From positions 1 to 64,000 of IMG/VR virus record IMGVR_UViG_3300007513_000001: a DNA stretch of 64,000 bases; one strand, written 5' to 3'. The notes under the pieces are model-generated. The model did not search any database. It saw only the letters and a list, made by a program, of their open reading frames with translations, and was not told the DNA's origin. The position numbers were made by a program, and so were the translations under genes. Shown here one piece after another: positions 1 to 8,592 of this stretch (the first letter of the stretch is position 1; the number at the start of each line of letters is the position of its first letter).

Positions 1-999
1 CAAACGAAACACACGAAACCCGACGGCATTCCGAAAGATGTCTATTACGATATGTACCAGCCAGAAGTTGTTGAAGAGTTCACAGCGGAAAAAGCTCTGA
101 TGAAGTGCATGTGGGAAGGCGGCGAGGGTCCATGGAATGATGACCTATACGCCCAGATGCAAGATCGCGATGCATGGATGAAAGAGTCTCGGGTACGTGA
201 GTATGTAAGGGCTTTACTTAAAGAAGATCCAATGGGATTTGTACATGATCTTGCCGCTGCATCGAGCGAATTCGGCGAAGAAGGTGAAACTTTTTTCGGC
301 GGTGATCCTGGAAAAGGTGGTGGAAAAGCGATTAAGCGCGCATTTAGCGCAAATGCAGACCATCAATGGCTTTCTACTCTAGACACCGTTCACTGGACTG
401 GTGAGATCTATGACATGGAAGCGCTGGCTGGTAAAGGAAAAGATGAACTTTCTACTACTATGACACTTTCAGGAGAAAACTTTGATGGCTTGATGGACTA
501 TGGCTTGTGGGTAAAGGGCCGGATTACTCTGGCAACTAATGACATGGACCAGCTTTATAGTGGTCACTGGGAGGATTATATCCCGGGTTTGACGAGTACC
601 GTGTCAGAAAAAGAATATGAACAACGGAAGAAGTCTTCTGGAATCAACAAGTTACCGACAACGTCAAAAGATTATAGTCGCTATGGAAAACTTAAGCGTG
701 GTAGTGAGTTTGGCGAAAAAATGGCGAGGAATATTCCTTATGTTTTAGATCAATCCACATGGGATAATAACGTGCCAGGTACAAACGAAGCTTTAGTTGA
801 TAACTGGAGCCCGGTTGGTATTATTCTCACCCGCGGTGATGAGATAAACGCGATATCAGGCCTGGATTATATTGAGGGAACAAAAGAAGACATTGAAGAG
901 TTTGCTCTTGGCGTGACCAAGCAGATAATGTTGACAGCTCTTGCATTCGGCGTTCCTATATACGATGAAGAGCGTGAAGTGTTATGGAGTCCGGAATGA
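1..999 (+). CDS. C-terminal part of a large acidic protein (5'-truncated), with internal leader-like motif RVREYVRALLKE
   Basis: Frame is open from base 1; internal motif resembles MNLLREYIRELL. Confidence 0.6.
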   Translation, partial: QTKHTKPDGIPKDVYYDMYQPEVVEEFTAEKALMKCMWEGGEGPWNDDLYAQMQDRDAWMKESRVREYVRALLKEDPMGFVHDLAAASSEFGEEGETFFGGDPGKGGGKAIKRAFSANADHQWLSTLDTVHWTGEIYDMEALAGKGKDELSTTMTLSGENFDGLMDYGLWVKGRITLATNDMDQLYSGHWEDYIPGLTSTVSEKEYEQRKKSSGINKLPTTSKDYSRYGKLKRGSEFGEKMARNIPYVLDQSTWDNNVPGTNEALVDNWSPVGIILTRGDEINAISGLDYIEGTKEDIEEFALGVTKQIMLTALAFGVPIYDEEREVLWSPE

Positions 1000-1343
1000 G
1001 TTCAGGTGGCGATTGCTATGAAGCAGCAGGCAAGTTCATAATGGAAGAATGTATGCTTGGGGGTGTGGATGACTGTCAATATATTCTTGTCCATGGTGAA
1101 GTTATGGGTCAAGGTCCCATCGCTGGAATACCGTTTGGACATGCTTGGGTGCTCGATGGTTCGACTGTCATTGACAGATCAAACGGAAGAGACATCTCAA
1201 TGCCAGCGCAGCTTTATTACGCGATCGGGCAGATTGATAGAATCGATAATGTTATTGAGTATCCGTGGGAAGAAGCCCGCACAAAGATATTGGATTACGG
1301 TCATTGGGGCCCGTGGGATCTTGAAACAGAAAGTGGATTATGA
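996..1343 (+). CDS. transglutaminase-like/papain-fold protein
   Basis: GDCYE...GHAWV...VID gives a Cys-His-Asp triad order. Confidence 0.5.
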   Translation: MSSGGDCYEAAGKFIMEECMLGGVDDCQYILVHGEVMGQGPIAGIPFGHAWVLDGSTVIDRSNGRDISMPAQLYYAIGQIDRIDNVIEYPWEEARTKILDYGHWGPWDLETESGL

Positions 1344-1954
1344 AAAAAAAGCCAGAAATCTTTACGCAATTCAACGCGCAGAACGTTCCTGTAAGCGCTG
1401 ACATTCTTGATACGCTAGAACAAGAAGTCGTGAATGAGTCTGCTCTTCGTAAATACATAAGAGAATTATTGATTGAGAAAGACAATTCTGCCGGACCAGG
1501 TGAACGTTATATCTATCGCGGTATGAAGATTGACTTGGGCTCTGCAGGCCTGGCATCTCAAATTAGAAAAGTGGCGCAAAAGAAACCTGCAGGAATATCT
1601 GATCAAGAAGCCGGCCGTTTTATTATGGGGAAACTGCAAAACGAAGAGATTGGTGAGTCTTGGACTACAAGCATGGACGTTGCGGCCAGTTTTGCAGACG
1701 TTTGGGAAGCTACAAATCGAGGCAGCACTCTTCACGTGATGTTTACTGGTAAGATTCCAAATGAGTTTGGTTATGATCCCACAACAACAGGTGAAGAACC
1801 ACCGATGTTCGAAGATGAGAGTGAAGTCCGGATACCGAAAGGTGAAGAAATTTTCATTTCAAATGTTGCAGTTTTTATTGCCGATAAAAAAGGTGGCAAG
1901 AACTGGATGAAATTCAAACCTGTTGCTTTTAGTCTTGGGAGTGTGAAAGCATGA
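1340..1954 (+). CDS. putative R-S-E class ADP-ribosyltransferase with LRKYIRELLIE leader motif
   Basis: YIYRG, GESWTTS and EDESEV motifs in ART order. Confidence 0.65.
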   Translation: MKKKPEIFTQFNAQNVPVSADILDTLEQEVVNESALRKYIRELLIEKDNSAGPGERYIYRGMKIDLGSAGLASQIRKVAQKKPAGISDQEAGRFIMGKLQNEEIGESWTTSMDVAASFADVWEATNRGSTLHVMFTGKIPNEFGYDPTTTGEEPPMFEDESEVRIPKGEEIFISNVAVFIADKKGGKNWMKFKPVAFSLGSVKA

Positions 1955-2493
1955 ACCTGCTCCGTGAATACATAAGAGAGTTGTTATCAGAAAGGTCTAC
2001 ATTTATGAACAAGGGATCTTCTGATTGGTTCCGTGTTGAACTACCCGGTATTGGATATGCTGAAGGAAGCCAACATTTACGCTTCAAAGAGTGTCAATCA
2101 GACGTTGATGCTATCATGAAAACTCCTGAATATTTAGCTGCAGAAAAGAAGCATCAAGAAACAGCGAAGCCAAGCACTGATATCGTTCGTAACGAAGAAA
2201 CAGGCGAGTGGGAAGAAGTCGAAGTCGGACCAGCAGCGTTTAGGCCGAGATTTTATGATGTTGAGAACGCTTGGATCTCCAACCCAGAAAACAGAGGTAA
2301 GGGGCACGGCAAAGAAATCTACAAGGCTTTTATCAATCAAGCTGTTGAATACTCAAAGAGTTACGGCGGCGTTTTCGTTGGCGCTCATCGATGTGTAATG
2401 GGGTCTGGGTCGTCTGAAGATGCCCAGCGTGTTTGGAAATCATTAGGAAGAGAATACACATCTTCTGGCATGGTTATCTTTATAGGGTTATGA
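1951..2493 (+). CDS. GNAT acetyltransferase with MNLLREYIRELLSE leader
   Basis: ENRGKGHGKEIY acetyl-CoA motif; SEDAQRVWKSL. Confidence 0.6.
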   Translation: MNLLREYIRELLSERSTFMNKGSSDWFRVELPGIGYAEGSQHLRFKECQSDVDAIMKTPEYLAAEKKHQETAKPSTDIVRNEETGEWEEVEVGPAAFRPRFYDVENAWISNPENRGKGHGKEIYKAFINQAVEYSKSYGGVFVGAHRCVMGSGSSEDAQRVWKSLGREYTSSGMVIFIGL

Positions 2494-2494
2494 A

Positions 2495-3184
2495 ATGAAC
2501 CTACTCCGCGAATACATAAGAGAGCTTTTGGCAGAAGCAGCAAAGGGCTTATCTGAATTTGAAGAGCGTGGAATGCATATTGCCATAGAAGATTCGGGTG
2601 ATGCATTTGAGATAAAGCTATATGATTTCGATCCGACATACCGCGAGCCGGGGACACCTGACGTGGCAAGCCCAGCTCCCAGTTCTAATTTTCCAGATGG
2701 CGCTCTTGGCATAATTTCAGCTATGAAAGAAGCAAGTACAGACAATGGTCCGTGTTTGGACGGATTTACTATTACGTGGGTAAGTGCAGAAGGCGGCTGG
2801 GGTCCGCTACTTTACGATTTGGCAATGGAGCTAGCTACGTCCAAAGGCTCCGGCTTAACGCCAGATCGAGAAAGTGTTTCATATGAAGCCAACAGGGTAT
2901 GGGATTATTACCTTGCTAATCGCAGCGATGTTGAAATGGTCCAGATGGATGATTTATCGAACCGCCTTACGCCCGGCACAAAAGAAGATAACTGCGCGAT
3001 GACACTAGCATACGAAAGAGGACTTGAGGGCGGAACGTTTTGGGATGAAGACAATCAAGAGACCCCATGGGATCCGTATGGCAAAGACGTGCTGCAACGA
3101 AGTCCTCTCTCGAAGATGGGTGTATGGAAAGGCGCTTCTAATATTGGTGCCATCAAGGCCATGGATAGATGGACAGAAATATGA
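2495..3184 (+). CDS. GNAT-like protein with MNLLREYIRELLAE leader
   Basis: GWGPLLYDLAM...VSYEANRVWDYY parallels the neighbouring GNAT. Confidence 0.45.
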   Translation: MNLLREYIRELLAEAAKGLSEFEERGMHIAIEDSGDAFEIKLYDFDPTYREPGTPDVASPAPSSNFPDGALGIISAMKEASTDNGPCLDGFTITWVSAEGGWGPLLYDLAMELATSKGSGLTPDRESVSYEANRVWDYYLANRSDVEMVQMDDLSNRLTPGTKEDNCAMTLAYERGLEGGTFWDEDNQETPWDPYGKDVLQRSPLSKMGVWKGASNIGAIKAMDRWTEI

Positions 3185-3792
3185 ACCTGCTACGTGAATA
3201 CATAAGAGAGCTAATATCTGAAAAAAGATATGATCCGCCAATAGAACAGGATGTCGTCCATGGATTGAGCTTTGACGAGATGCGAGCTCATCTTTCCAGA
3301 CATTTTGGTAAAGCAAAGATAACCTTAACGAATTCTCCGCTCATGCTAGAACAATCTCACAACCCAGGTCAAGGTTTGAAGCCAGAAGGGATTTGGTATG
3401 CGTGCGGAACTGATTGGTTAGATTTTCTGCAGACAGAAATGGGAGGACCATCCGCTGAAGAATATCAGGTTTGGGCTCTCAAAATTGATATGTCGAAAGT
3501 CAAATCTTTAACAACTTCAAAAGAGATCTCACGATTCTCTTGGAAATATAGAAACACTGATGAATATTTGAAAAACCCTGTAGTTAAAATTGTAGATTGG
3601 TCACTTGCGTCTAAAGAATTTGCTGGCGTAGAGTTTTGCCCCTATCCGGTTGGCGGTATGGATATTTCTGTTAAAAATGTTTGGTACGCCGGTATCGATG
3701 TCCCCTCAGGCTGTGTTTGGAACCCTTCAGCTATTACTAACTCTACTTTAGTAGCTGAGCTTAAAGACGACGGTTGGGAGGTATACGTATGA
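3181..3792 (+). CDS. hypothetical protein with MNLLREYIRELISE leader
   Basis: Leader repeat; Trp-rich body (KPEGIWY, VDW, SGCVWN). Confidence 0.6.
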   Translation: MNLLREYIRELISEKRYDPPIEQDVVHGLSFDEMRAHLSRHFGKAKITLTNSPLMLEQSHNPGQGLKPEGIWYACGTDWLDFLQTEMGGPSAEEYQVWALKIDMSKVKSLTTSKEISRFSWKYRNTDEYLKNPVVKIVDWSLASKEFAGVEFCPYPVGGMDISVKNVWYAGIDVPSGCVWNPSAITNSTLVAELKDDGWEVYV

Positions 3793-4313
3793 AAATTTTA
3801 CGAGAATATATAAGAGAGCTATTGAGTGAAGGTGTTGAGTTTCGCGAAGTTGATTCCCCGCTGAAATACAGTCGCTCTTCAAACGTCAAACGAATTGCGT
3901 ATTGCGATTCTGGTGTGACCGAGCTTCCTGGTAAACATGACACGTATTTTGATGAGATTGAAAGGTGGCGAAAGCGTACGAGTAGAGGTAAACTACTCAA
4001 AAAGCCAAAGCTTGAAGAAATCATCCCAGGCGTTAGCGACGCATGTATTATTGGGTTTTTAGACTACCACGTTCAGGGCCAGACCATAGATGGGAAAAAT
4101 ACCATGTGGTATATCGATTACATGAAAACTCGCACCGACTCTCGGGGCGCTGGCGTTGCTAGCAAGTTGGTTGACAACTTTTATGAAACCGTTGTAAAGC
4201 CGGGTGATCATGTCCATTTTGGTAAAATGATGCATCCGGGAATTGGCCACCTTAAAGATAAGATGGTAAAAAAATACCCGGATGTCAAAACAATCGGAGC
4301 GGTAAATTACTAA
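3789..4313 (+). CDS. GNAT acetyltransferase with MKILREYIRELLSE leader
   Basis: YIDYMKTRTDSRGAGVASKLV motif. Confidence 0.6.
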   Translation: MKILREYIRELLSEGVEFREVDSPLKYSRSSNVKRIAYCDSGVTELPGKHDTYFDEIERWRKRTSRGKLLKKPKLEEIIPGVSDACIIGFLDYHVQGQTIDGKNTMWYIDYMKTRTDSRGAGVASKLVDNFYETVVKPGDHVHFGKMMHPGIGHLKDKMVKKYPDVKTIGAVNY

Positions 4314-5182
4314 TGAACTTAGATGAATATAAGCAGCTATGCGGTAAAACGCCGCTTATCAAAATTAGCGATAAGATCTATGGAAAGCTAGAGACTTATA
4401 ATCCAACAGGTTCAGTTAAAGATCGAATGATTTCGTACGTTGTTGATCAAGCTATTTGCGGAGGTTTAATAACTGACGAAACGATTCTTTGCGAAGCGAC
4501 TAGCGGGAACACTGGCATTGCATTAAGCTCAGTGGCTGCTAACCTCGGATTAGAGTGCCGTATTTTTATGCCCGGCAATATGTCTATAGAGAGAAAACAA
4601 ATGATGTCAGCTTTTGGAGCGACATTTGTTGACGCTCCTGCTGATGATTTTGAGCGAGCAATTGAGATGAGAGATGAATTCATGTCAAAAAATCCCAATG
4701 CTTGGTCGCCAATGCAGTTTAGTAATCCAGCAAATGTGGAGTGCCACAAGCAGACTACAGCTTTAGAAATACTCAAGCAAGTTAACAGCATTGGATTAAA
4801 GTGGTCGGTATTCGTTCATGGTTCGGGGACTGGAGGGACTATTGAAGGCGTACGTCAGTTTTGCGCTGAAAATTTACCACGCACTAAAATAGTGATGGCT
4901 GTGCCCGCTGAGTCGCCCCACGGAATACAGGGAATCGGAGACGGTCGAGATTTCCTCGCTGATCCAGATGTTATGGACGATGTAGTCGTTATAAAAACTC
5001 AAGATGCGATCGAAAGAGCAAAGAATTTTGCTGAAGAAACTGGTTTATTTGTGGGCATAAGTTCCGGCGCGAATATTCTAGCTTCAGAAAGATTTGCTGC
5101 AGATAATGAAATTGCTGGCATAATTATAACGATGCTTTGCGATCGCGGAGAAAGATATTTATCTGTGTATGGTGAAAAATGA
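4313..5182 (+). CDS. cysK: cysteine synthase (PLP-dependent, CysK/CysM family)
   Basis: GKTPL, KLETYNPTGSVKDR, EATSGNTGIAL, GSGTGGT, GISSGAN. Confidence 0.9.
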   Translation: MNLDEYKQLCGKTPLIKISDKIYGKLETYNPTGSVKDRMISYVVDQAICGGLITDETILCEATSGNTGIALSSVAANLGLECRIFMPGNMSIERKQMMSAFGATFVDAPADDFERAIEMRDEFMSKNPNAWSPMQFSNPANVECHKQTTALEILKQVNSIGLKWSVFVHGSGTGGTIEGVRQFCAENLPRTKIVMAVPAESPHGIQGIGDGRDFLADPDVMDDVVVIKTQDAIERAKNFAEETGLFVGISSGANILASERFAADNEIAGIIITMLCDRGERYLSVYGEK

Positions 5183-5541
5183 CGTTAGCGCTTTCAAGAC
5201 CAATCTTTATTGAAAACAGTAGGATCCCAGTGTGGCTTTCTCATTTTTCTCCTATTACTATAAACGCTATTACTCTCGGACCATTCGTTTTATCGAGGGG
5301 GAAAATATCCGAAATCACAAGAGCTCACGAGACTATACATTGGCAACAATACATTGACCTCGCGATTCTCGGATTCCCTATTTTATACTTTGCTTATTGG
5401 ATAGCTGGTTTAATTAAATATAGAGACGGCAATAAAGCGTATTATCAGATTCCTTTTGAGCAAGAAGCTTATAAAAACGAAGACAACCCCTATTATTTTA
5501 TTGCTAGAAAGAGATGGGCGTGGAGAAAATTAAAAATATGA
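5179..5541 (+). CDS. HExxH-motif hypothetical protein
   Basis: AITLGPF...AHETIHWQQ...IPFEQEAY. Confidence 0.5.
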   Translation: MTLALSRPIFIENSRIPVWLSHFSPITINAITLGPFVLSRGKISEITRAHETIHWQQYIDLAILGFPILYFAYWIAGLIKYRDGNKAYYQIPFEQEAYKNEDNPYYFIARKRWAWRKLKI

Positions 5542-5678
5542 AAAAGATAATAGAGAAGCTTAAGTGGCGAGGAATTACTTTTAAAGATATAGTTTATTCT
5601 GTTTTTTGTTTGGGTTTAATAATTGCAGTGACTGGCGTAATGGCTTATAGTTTGGTGTTTTCTCTAGCTTCTCAGTAA
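5538..5678 (+). CDS. small membrane peptide (46 aa)
   Basis: ATGA overlap with upstream gene; one hydrophobic stretch. Confidence 0.45.
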   Translation: MKKIIEKLKWRGITFKDIVYSVFCLGLIIAVTGVMAYSLVFSLASQ

Positions 5679-5783
5679 ATTTTATTCGCAAAAATGCTAA
5701 TTTAGCAACTTAGCTGTTGAATAACGTCTTCTTAATTTATACTTTATAATATAGGGCGAAAGCTTTTTTTATTGGTCGTTGAG

Positions 5784-6266
5784 ATGCGTATTAGAGTGGC
5801 TTTTTTTAAGGGCAAAGGTAATTTTTGGAACTGGGTAGTGAGGTGGTGGACTGAAAGTCCATATAGCCACGCTGAATTAGTTATGCCCAATGAAACCACT
5901 TGGATAAGCATTAGTCCATTTCTCGCTTCTAAAGTAGCAGCAAGAGAGAAAAAAGAGTGGGATGAAAATCAGTGGGATTTTATTGATTTTTTCATCTCTG
6001 AAAAAGAATATCATGAACTAGAAGACTTTTACGACGCTACGAAAGGCTTGAAATATGACTGGGTTGGAATGATAGGATCTCAGTTGATGCCTTTTAGCTG
6101 GAGAATTAAAAGCACTAAAAAATGGTATTGTAGTGAGTGGATAGCTCACGCTTTAAGAGCTGCAGATATTATTCCGTGGAAAAAGCTTAAAATATATGAG
6201 AAAAAAGATATCAGTCCAGGAACCCTTTACAGCTTAATCTCAAATTCTTTAGACAACAATTTATAA
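5784..6266 (+). CDS. permuted papain-like amidase (NlpC/P60, YiiX/YaeF-like)
   Basis: YSHAELV precedes KYDW and WYCSEWIA (His before Cys). Confidence 0.65.
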   Translation: MRIRVAFFKGKGNFWNWVVRWWTESPYSHAELVMPNETTWISISPFLASKVAAREKKEWDENQWDFIDFFISEKEYHELEDFYDATKGLKYDWVGMIGSQLMPFSWRIKSTKKWYCSEWIAHALRAADIIPWKKLKIYEKKDISPGTLYSLISNSLDNNL

Positions 6267-6314
6267 ATCTTCTTGCTTAGTAATATAATCTATTTAACGA
6301 TGGAGATTAACTAC

Positions 6315-7325
6315 ATGAAGAAGACGATTTCTTTTGAAGACGTTCTATTAACACCTCAATATTCTGATATTATGTCGAGGAAAGAAATAGATCTCAGTGT
6401 TGCTTTAACTAAAGAGATTAATTTAAAAATTCCAATTATTTCTTCTCCGATGGACACAGTCACAGAAGACCAAATGGCTGTAGCTATGTCGAATCGTGGT
6501 GGACTTGGTATCATTCACCGATATAATTCTCCAAAAGAACAGCGAAAAGTGGTGGAAGATTCTCTAAAGGAAAGTTTTTACGTGGCGGCAGCAGTAGGTG
6601 TTACTGGCGATTATCTTGAAAGAGCACGAATGCTAGTAAAATCGGGCGTGTCAGTTCTTTGTTTGGACATTGCGCATGGCCACCATGCACTAATGAGGCA
6701 TGCTTTAAAAGTATTAAGAAACACGTTTGGTCAAGATATTCACTTGATGGCTGGCAATGTTGCGACGCTAGATGGATTTAATGATCTTTCAGACTGGGGC
6801 GCAGATTCAATCCGTGTAGGAATAGGGGGCGGCTCGATTTGTTCTACAAGAATTCAGACGGGCCACGGAGTTCCAACACTTCAATCTATTATTGACTGTT
6901 CTTATTCTGATCGTAATGCTCTTCTTATTGCCGATGGCGGAATTAGAAACTCTGGAGATATTGTTAAAGCTCTTGCAGCCGGAGCTGACGCGGTAATGAT
7001 TGGATCTCTTTTGGCTGGTTCAAATGAATCCCCGGGAGAAATGTTCCATAAAAACGGAGAAAGGTATAAGGTTTATCGTGGCATGGCTAGTAAAGAAGCA
7101 CAAATCCAGTGGCGCGGCCATTTTGCTTCTGTTGAGGGTGTATCCTCAGCAGTTCCGTGTAGAGGAAGCGCAGAAGATGTGTTAAGAGAGCTTGAAACTG
7201 GAATCCGCTCTGGTCTATCTTACACTGGAGCAAAAAATATTTTAGAGCTTCAAAGCAAGTCTACGTTTATAGAGCAAACATCAGCTGGACAGCTGGAAAG
7301 CTCAACTCATATTAACAAGAATTAA
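6315..7325 (+). CDS. guaB: IMP dehydrogenase / GMP reductase family, no CBS domains
   Basis: [40 protein letters not shown]. Confidence 0.88.
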   Translation: MKKTISFEDVLLTPQYSDIMSRKEIDLSVALTKEINLKIPIISSPMDTVTEDQMAVAMSNRGGLGIIHRYNSPKEQRKVVEDSLKESFYVAAAVGVTGDYLERARMLVKSGVSVLCLDIAHGHHALMRHALKVLRNTFGQDIHLMAGNVATLDGFNDLSDWGADSIRVGIGGGSICSTRIQTGHGVPTLQSIIDCSYSDRNALLIADGGIRNSGDIVKALAAGADAVMIGSLLAGSNESPGEMFHKNGERYKVYRGMASKEAQIQWRGHFASVEGVSSAVPCRGSAEDVLRELETGIRSGLSYTGAKNILELQSKSTFIEQTSAGQLESSTHINKN

Positions 7326-7335
7326 TTTTAGATTC

Positions 7336-7365
7336 TGTAAAAAAAGCACCCCAATGTGTTATAAT
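7336..7365 (+). promoter_or_regulatory. early-type promoter TGTAAA-N18-TATAAT
   Basis: Matches the 10-copy motif. Confidence 0.75.
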
Positions 7366-7386
7366 AAGACAGTAAAGGAAGGATTG

Positions 7387-7599
7387 ATGGAAACTCAACT
7401 TACAACTTCTGGATCTCAACTTAGCAAACTTACTCCATTTGAAGAAGCTGCTTTGAGAGCGTTTCATTTCGGGCTTGCGTTAGATAATTGCGTACAGCTT
7501 CAAGCTTATATCGACACTAGTGAAGCCAGCTCTTCGAAAGAATCAACTTGGCTAGACAAAGTGTACATTGCTGAAATTATGGATTCTGAATTTAATTAA
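7387..7599 (+). CDS. hypothetical protein
   Basis: GGAAGG RBS downstream of the promoter. Confidence 0.6.
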   Translation: METQLTTSGSQLSKLTPFEEAALRAFHFGLALDNCVQLQAYIDTSEASSSKESTWLDKVYIAEIMDSEFN

Positions 7600-7606
7600 A
7601 TTTTTT

Positions 7607-7692
7607 GGCTGAGTGGTGGAATCGGTATACACAGGAGACTTAAAATCTCCCGGCCACAGGCCTTGCGGGTTCGAGTCCCGCCTCAGCTACCA
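7607..7692 (+). tRNA. tRNA-Leu(TAA)
   Basis: Cloverleaf, GGAGA-CTTAAAA-TCTCC anticodon arm, long variable arm, GTTCGA, CCA. Confidence 0.95.
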
Positions 7693-8128
7693 TTTCTTGG
7701 ATCATCAAGAATATACTGCGTTGTAGAATATAGTGCGCAGTATTTTAAGTTAAGCTAAGTGAACGAGAGATGAATCCTCTTTAGTAACAACTCTATTACA
7801 ATCTTTGAAATTTTATATTGAGGCCTTGGATTTAGCGGTCCGAGGAGCCGGTGGGGATACCGGTCGTAGTGACCAAAAAACTGACGGTGAGCGACGCATT
7901 GGTGGTCGCAAGAAGTCCGCAGGGAATGAGAGGTATGTACACCAACTGCATACTTCGTACCGTACGACGGATCCCCACCCCCTCTACCTTTTATGTGGGA
8001 GACACAGGCCAGAGTAGATGGTGGGTAAGTCTTACGAGCAGTAAGCCATCTCGTGGTTGCGTAAGCGTGGTCGAAGTACTGACTTTACAGGCTGTGTCTA
8101 GATAGAGAAGCTGGGAACTCTATCATAC
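7693..8128 (+). ncRNA. putative large structured ncRNA between tRNAs
   Basis: Nested helices e.g. 7850-7858/7971-7979, 8000-8007/8092-8099, 8016-8021/8046-8051, 8101-8107/8118-8124. Confidence 0.6.
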
Positions 8129-8204
8129 GGGACCGTAGCTCAGTTGGCAGAGCACCGGCCTTTTAAGCCGAGAGTCGTGGGTTCGAGCCCCACCGGTCCC
8201 ACCA
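8129..8204 (+). tRNA. tRNA-Lys(TTT)
   Basis: Cloverleaf, CTTTTAA loop, GTTCGA, CCA. Confidence 0.93.
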
Positions 8205-8211
8205 TTTTTTT

Positions 8212-8287
8212 GCCGAGATAGCTCAGCTGGCAGAGCTTCTGATTTGTAATCAGATGGTCGCAGGTTCGACTCCTGTTCTCGGCTCCA
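8212..8287 (+). tRNA. tRNA-Thr(TGT)
   Basis: Cloverleaf, TCTGA-TTTGTAA-TCAGA, GTTCGA, CCA. Confidence 0.95.
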
Positions 8288-8317
8288 TTTAAATTTTATT
8301 CTCGTATATGTATTTTT

Positions 8318-8572
8318 ATGCAGTACGAGTTTTCTTATTACAAATGTCCACTTTGCAAAGGATCGATTAATTGGTCTTTGAATAGCTCGGTTCCGGGAGC
8401 TTCATCACAAGCGTGGTGTTCAAACAGTCTTACATCTTCTAGAGCTAATTGGGATCGAAAATTATCTAAAGTTTGTTTTTGGAAAGGTAAAGTAGAAAGA
8501 AAGAAAAATGGAGAAGTACGATTATTAGACGCTAGCGGCCGTCTTCTAAATCCAGTTTTGTACAAGAAATAA
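8318..8572 (+). CDS. small Cys-containing hypothetical protein
   Basis: CPLC plus two further Cys. Confidence 0.5.
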   Translation: MQYEFSYYKCPLCKGSINWSLNSSVPGASSQAWCSNSLTSSRANWDRKLSKVCFWKGKVERKKNGEVRLLDASGRLLNPVLYKK

Positions 8573-8592
8573 ATTTGAAATAAAATATAGAT

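Noticed and set aside
7805-8105. ORFs 7805-8017 and 7851-8105
   Set aside because: No RBS; they overlap each other and the helix-rich segment between tRNAs, which is better explained as ncRNA.
7693-8128. RNase P RNA or tmRNA identity for the structured segment
   Set aside because: AAGAAGTCCG only loosely resembles GAGGAAAGUCC; the 3' ACAGAA...GGCUUA element and tRNA-like ends are absent.
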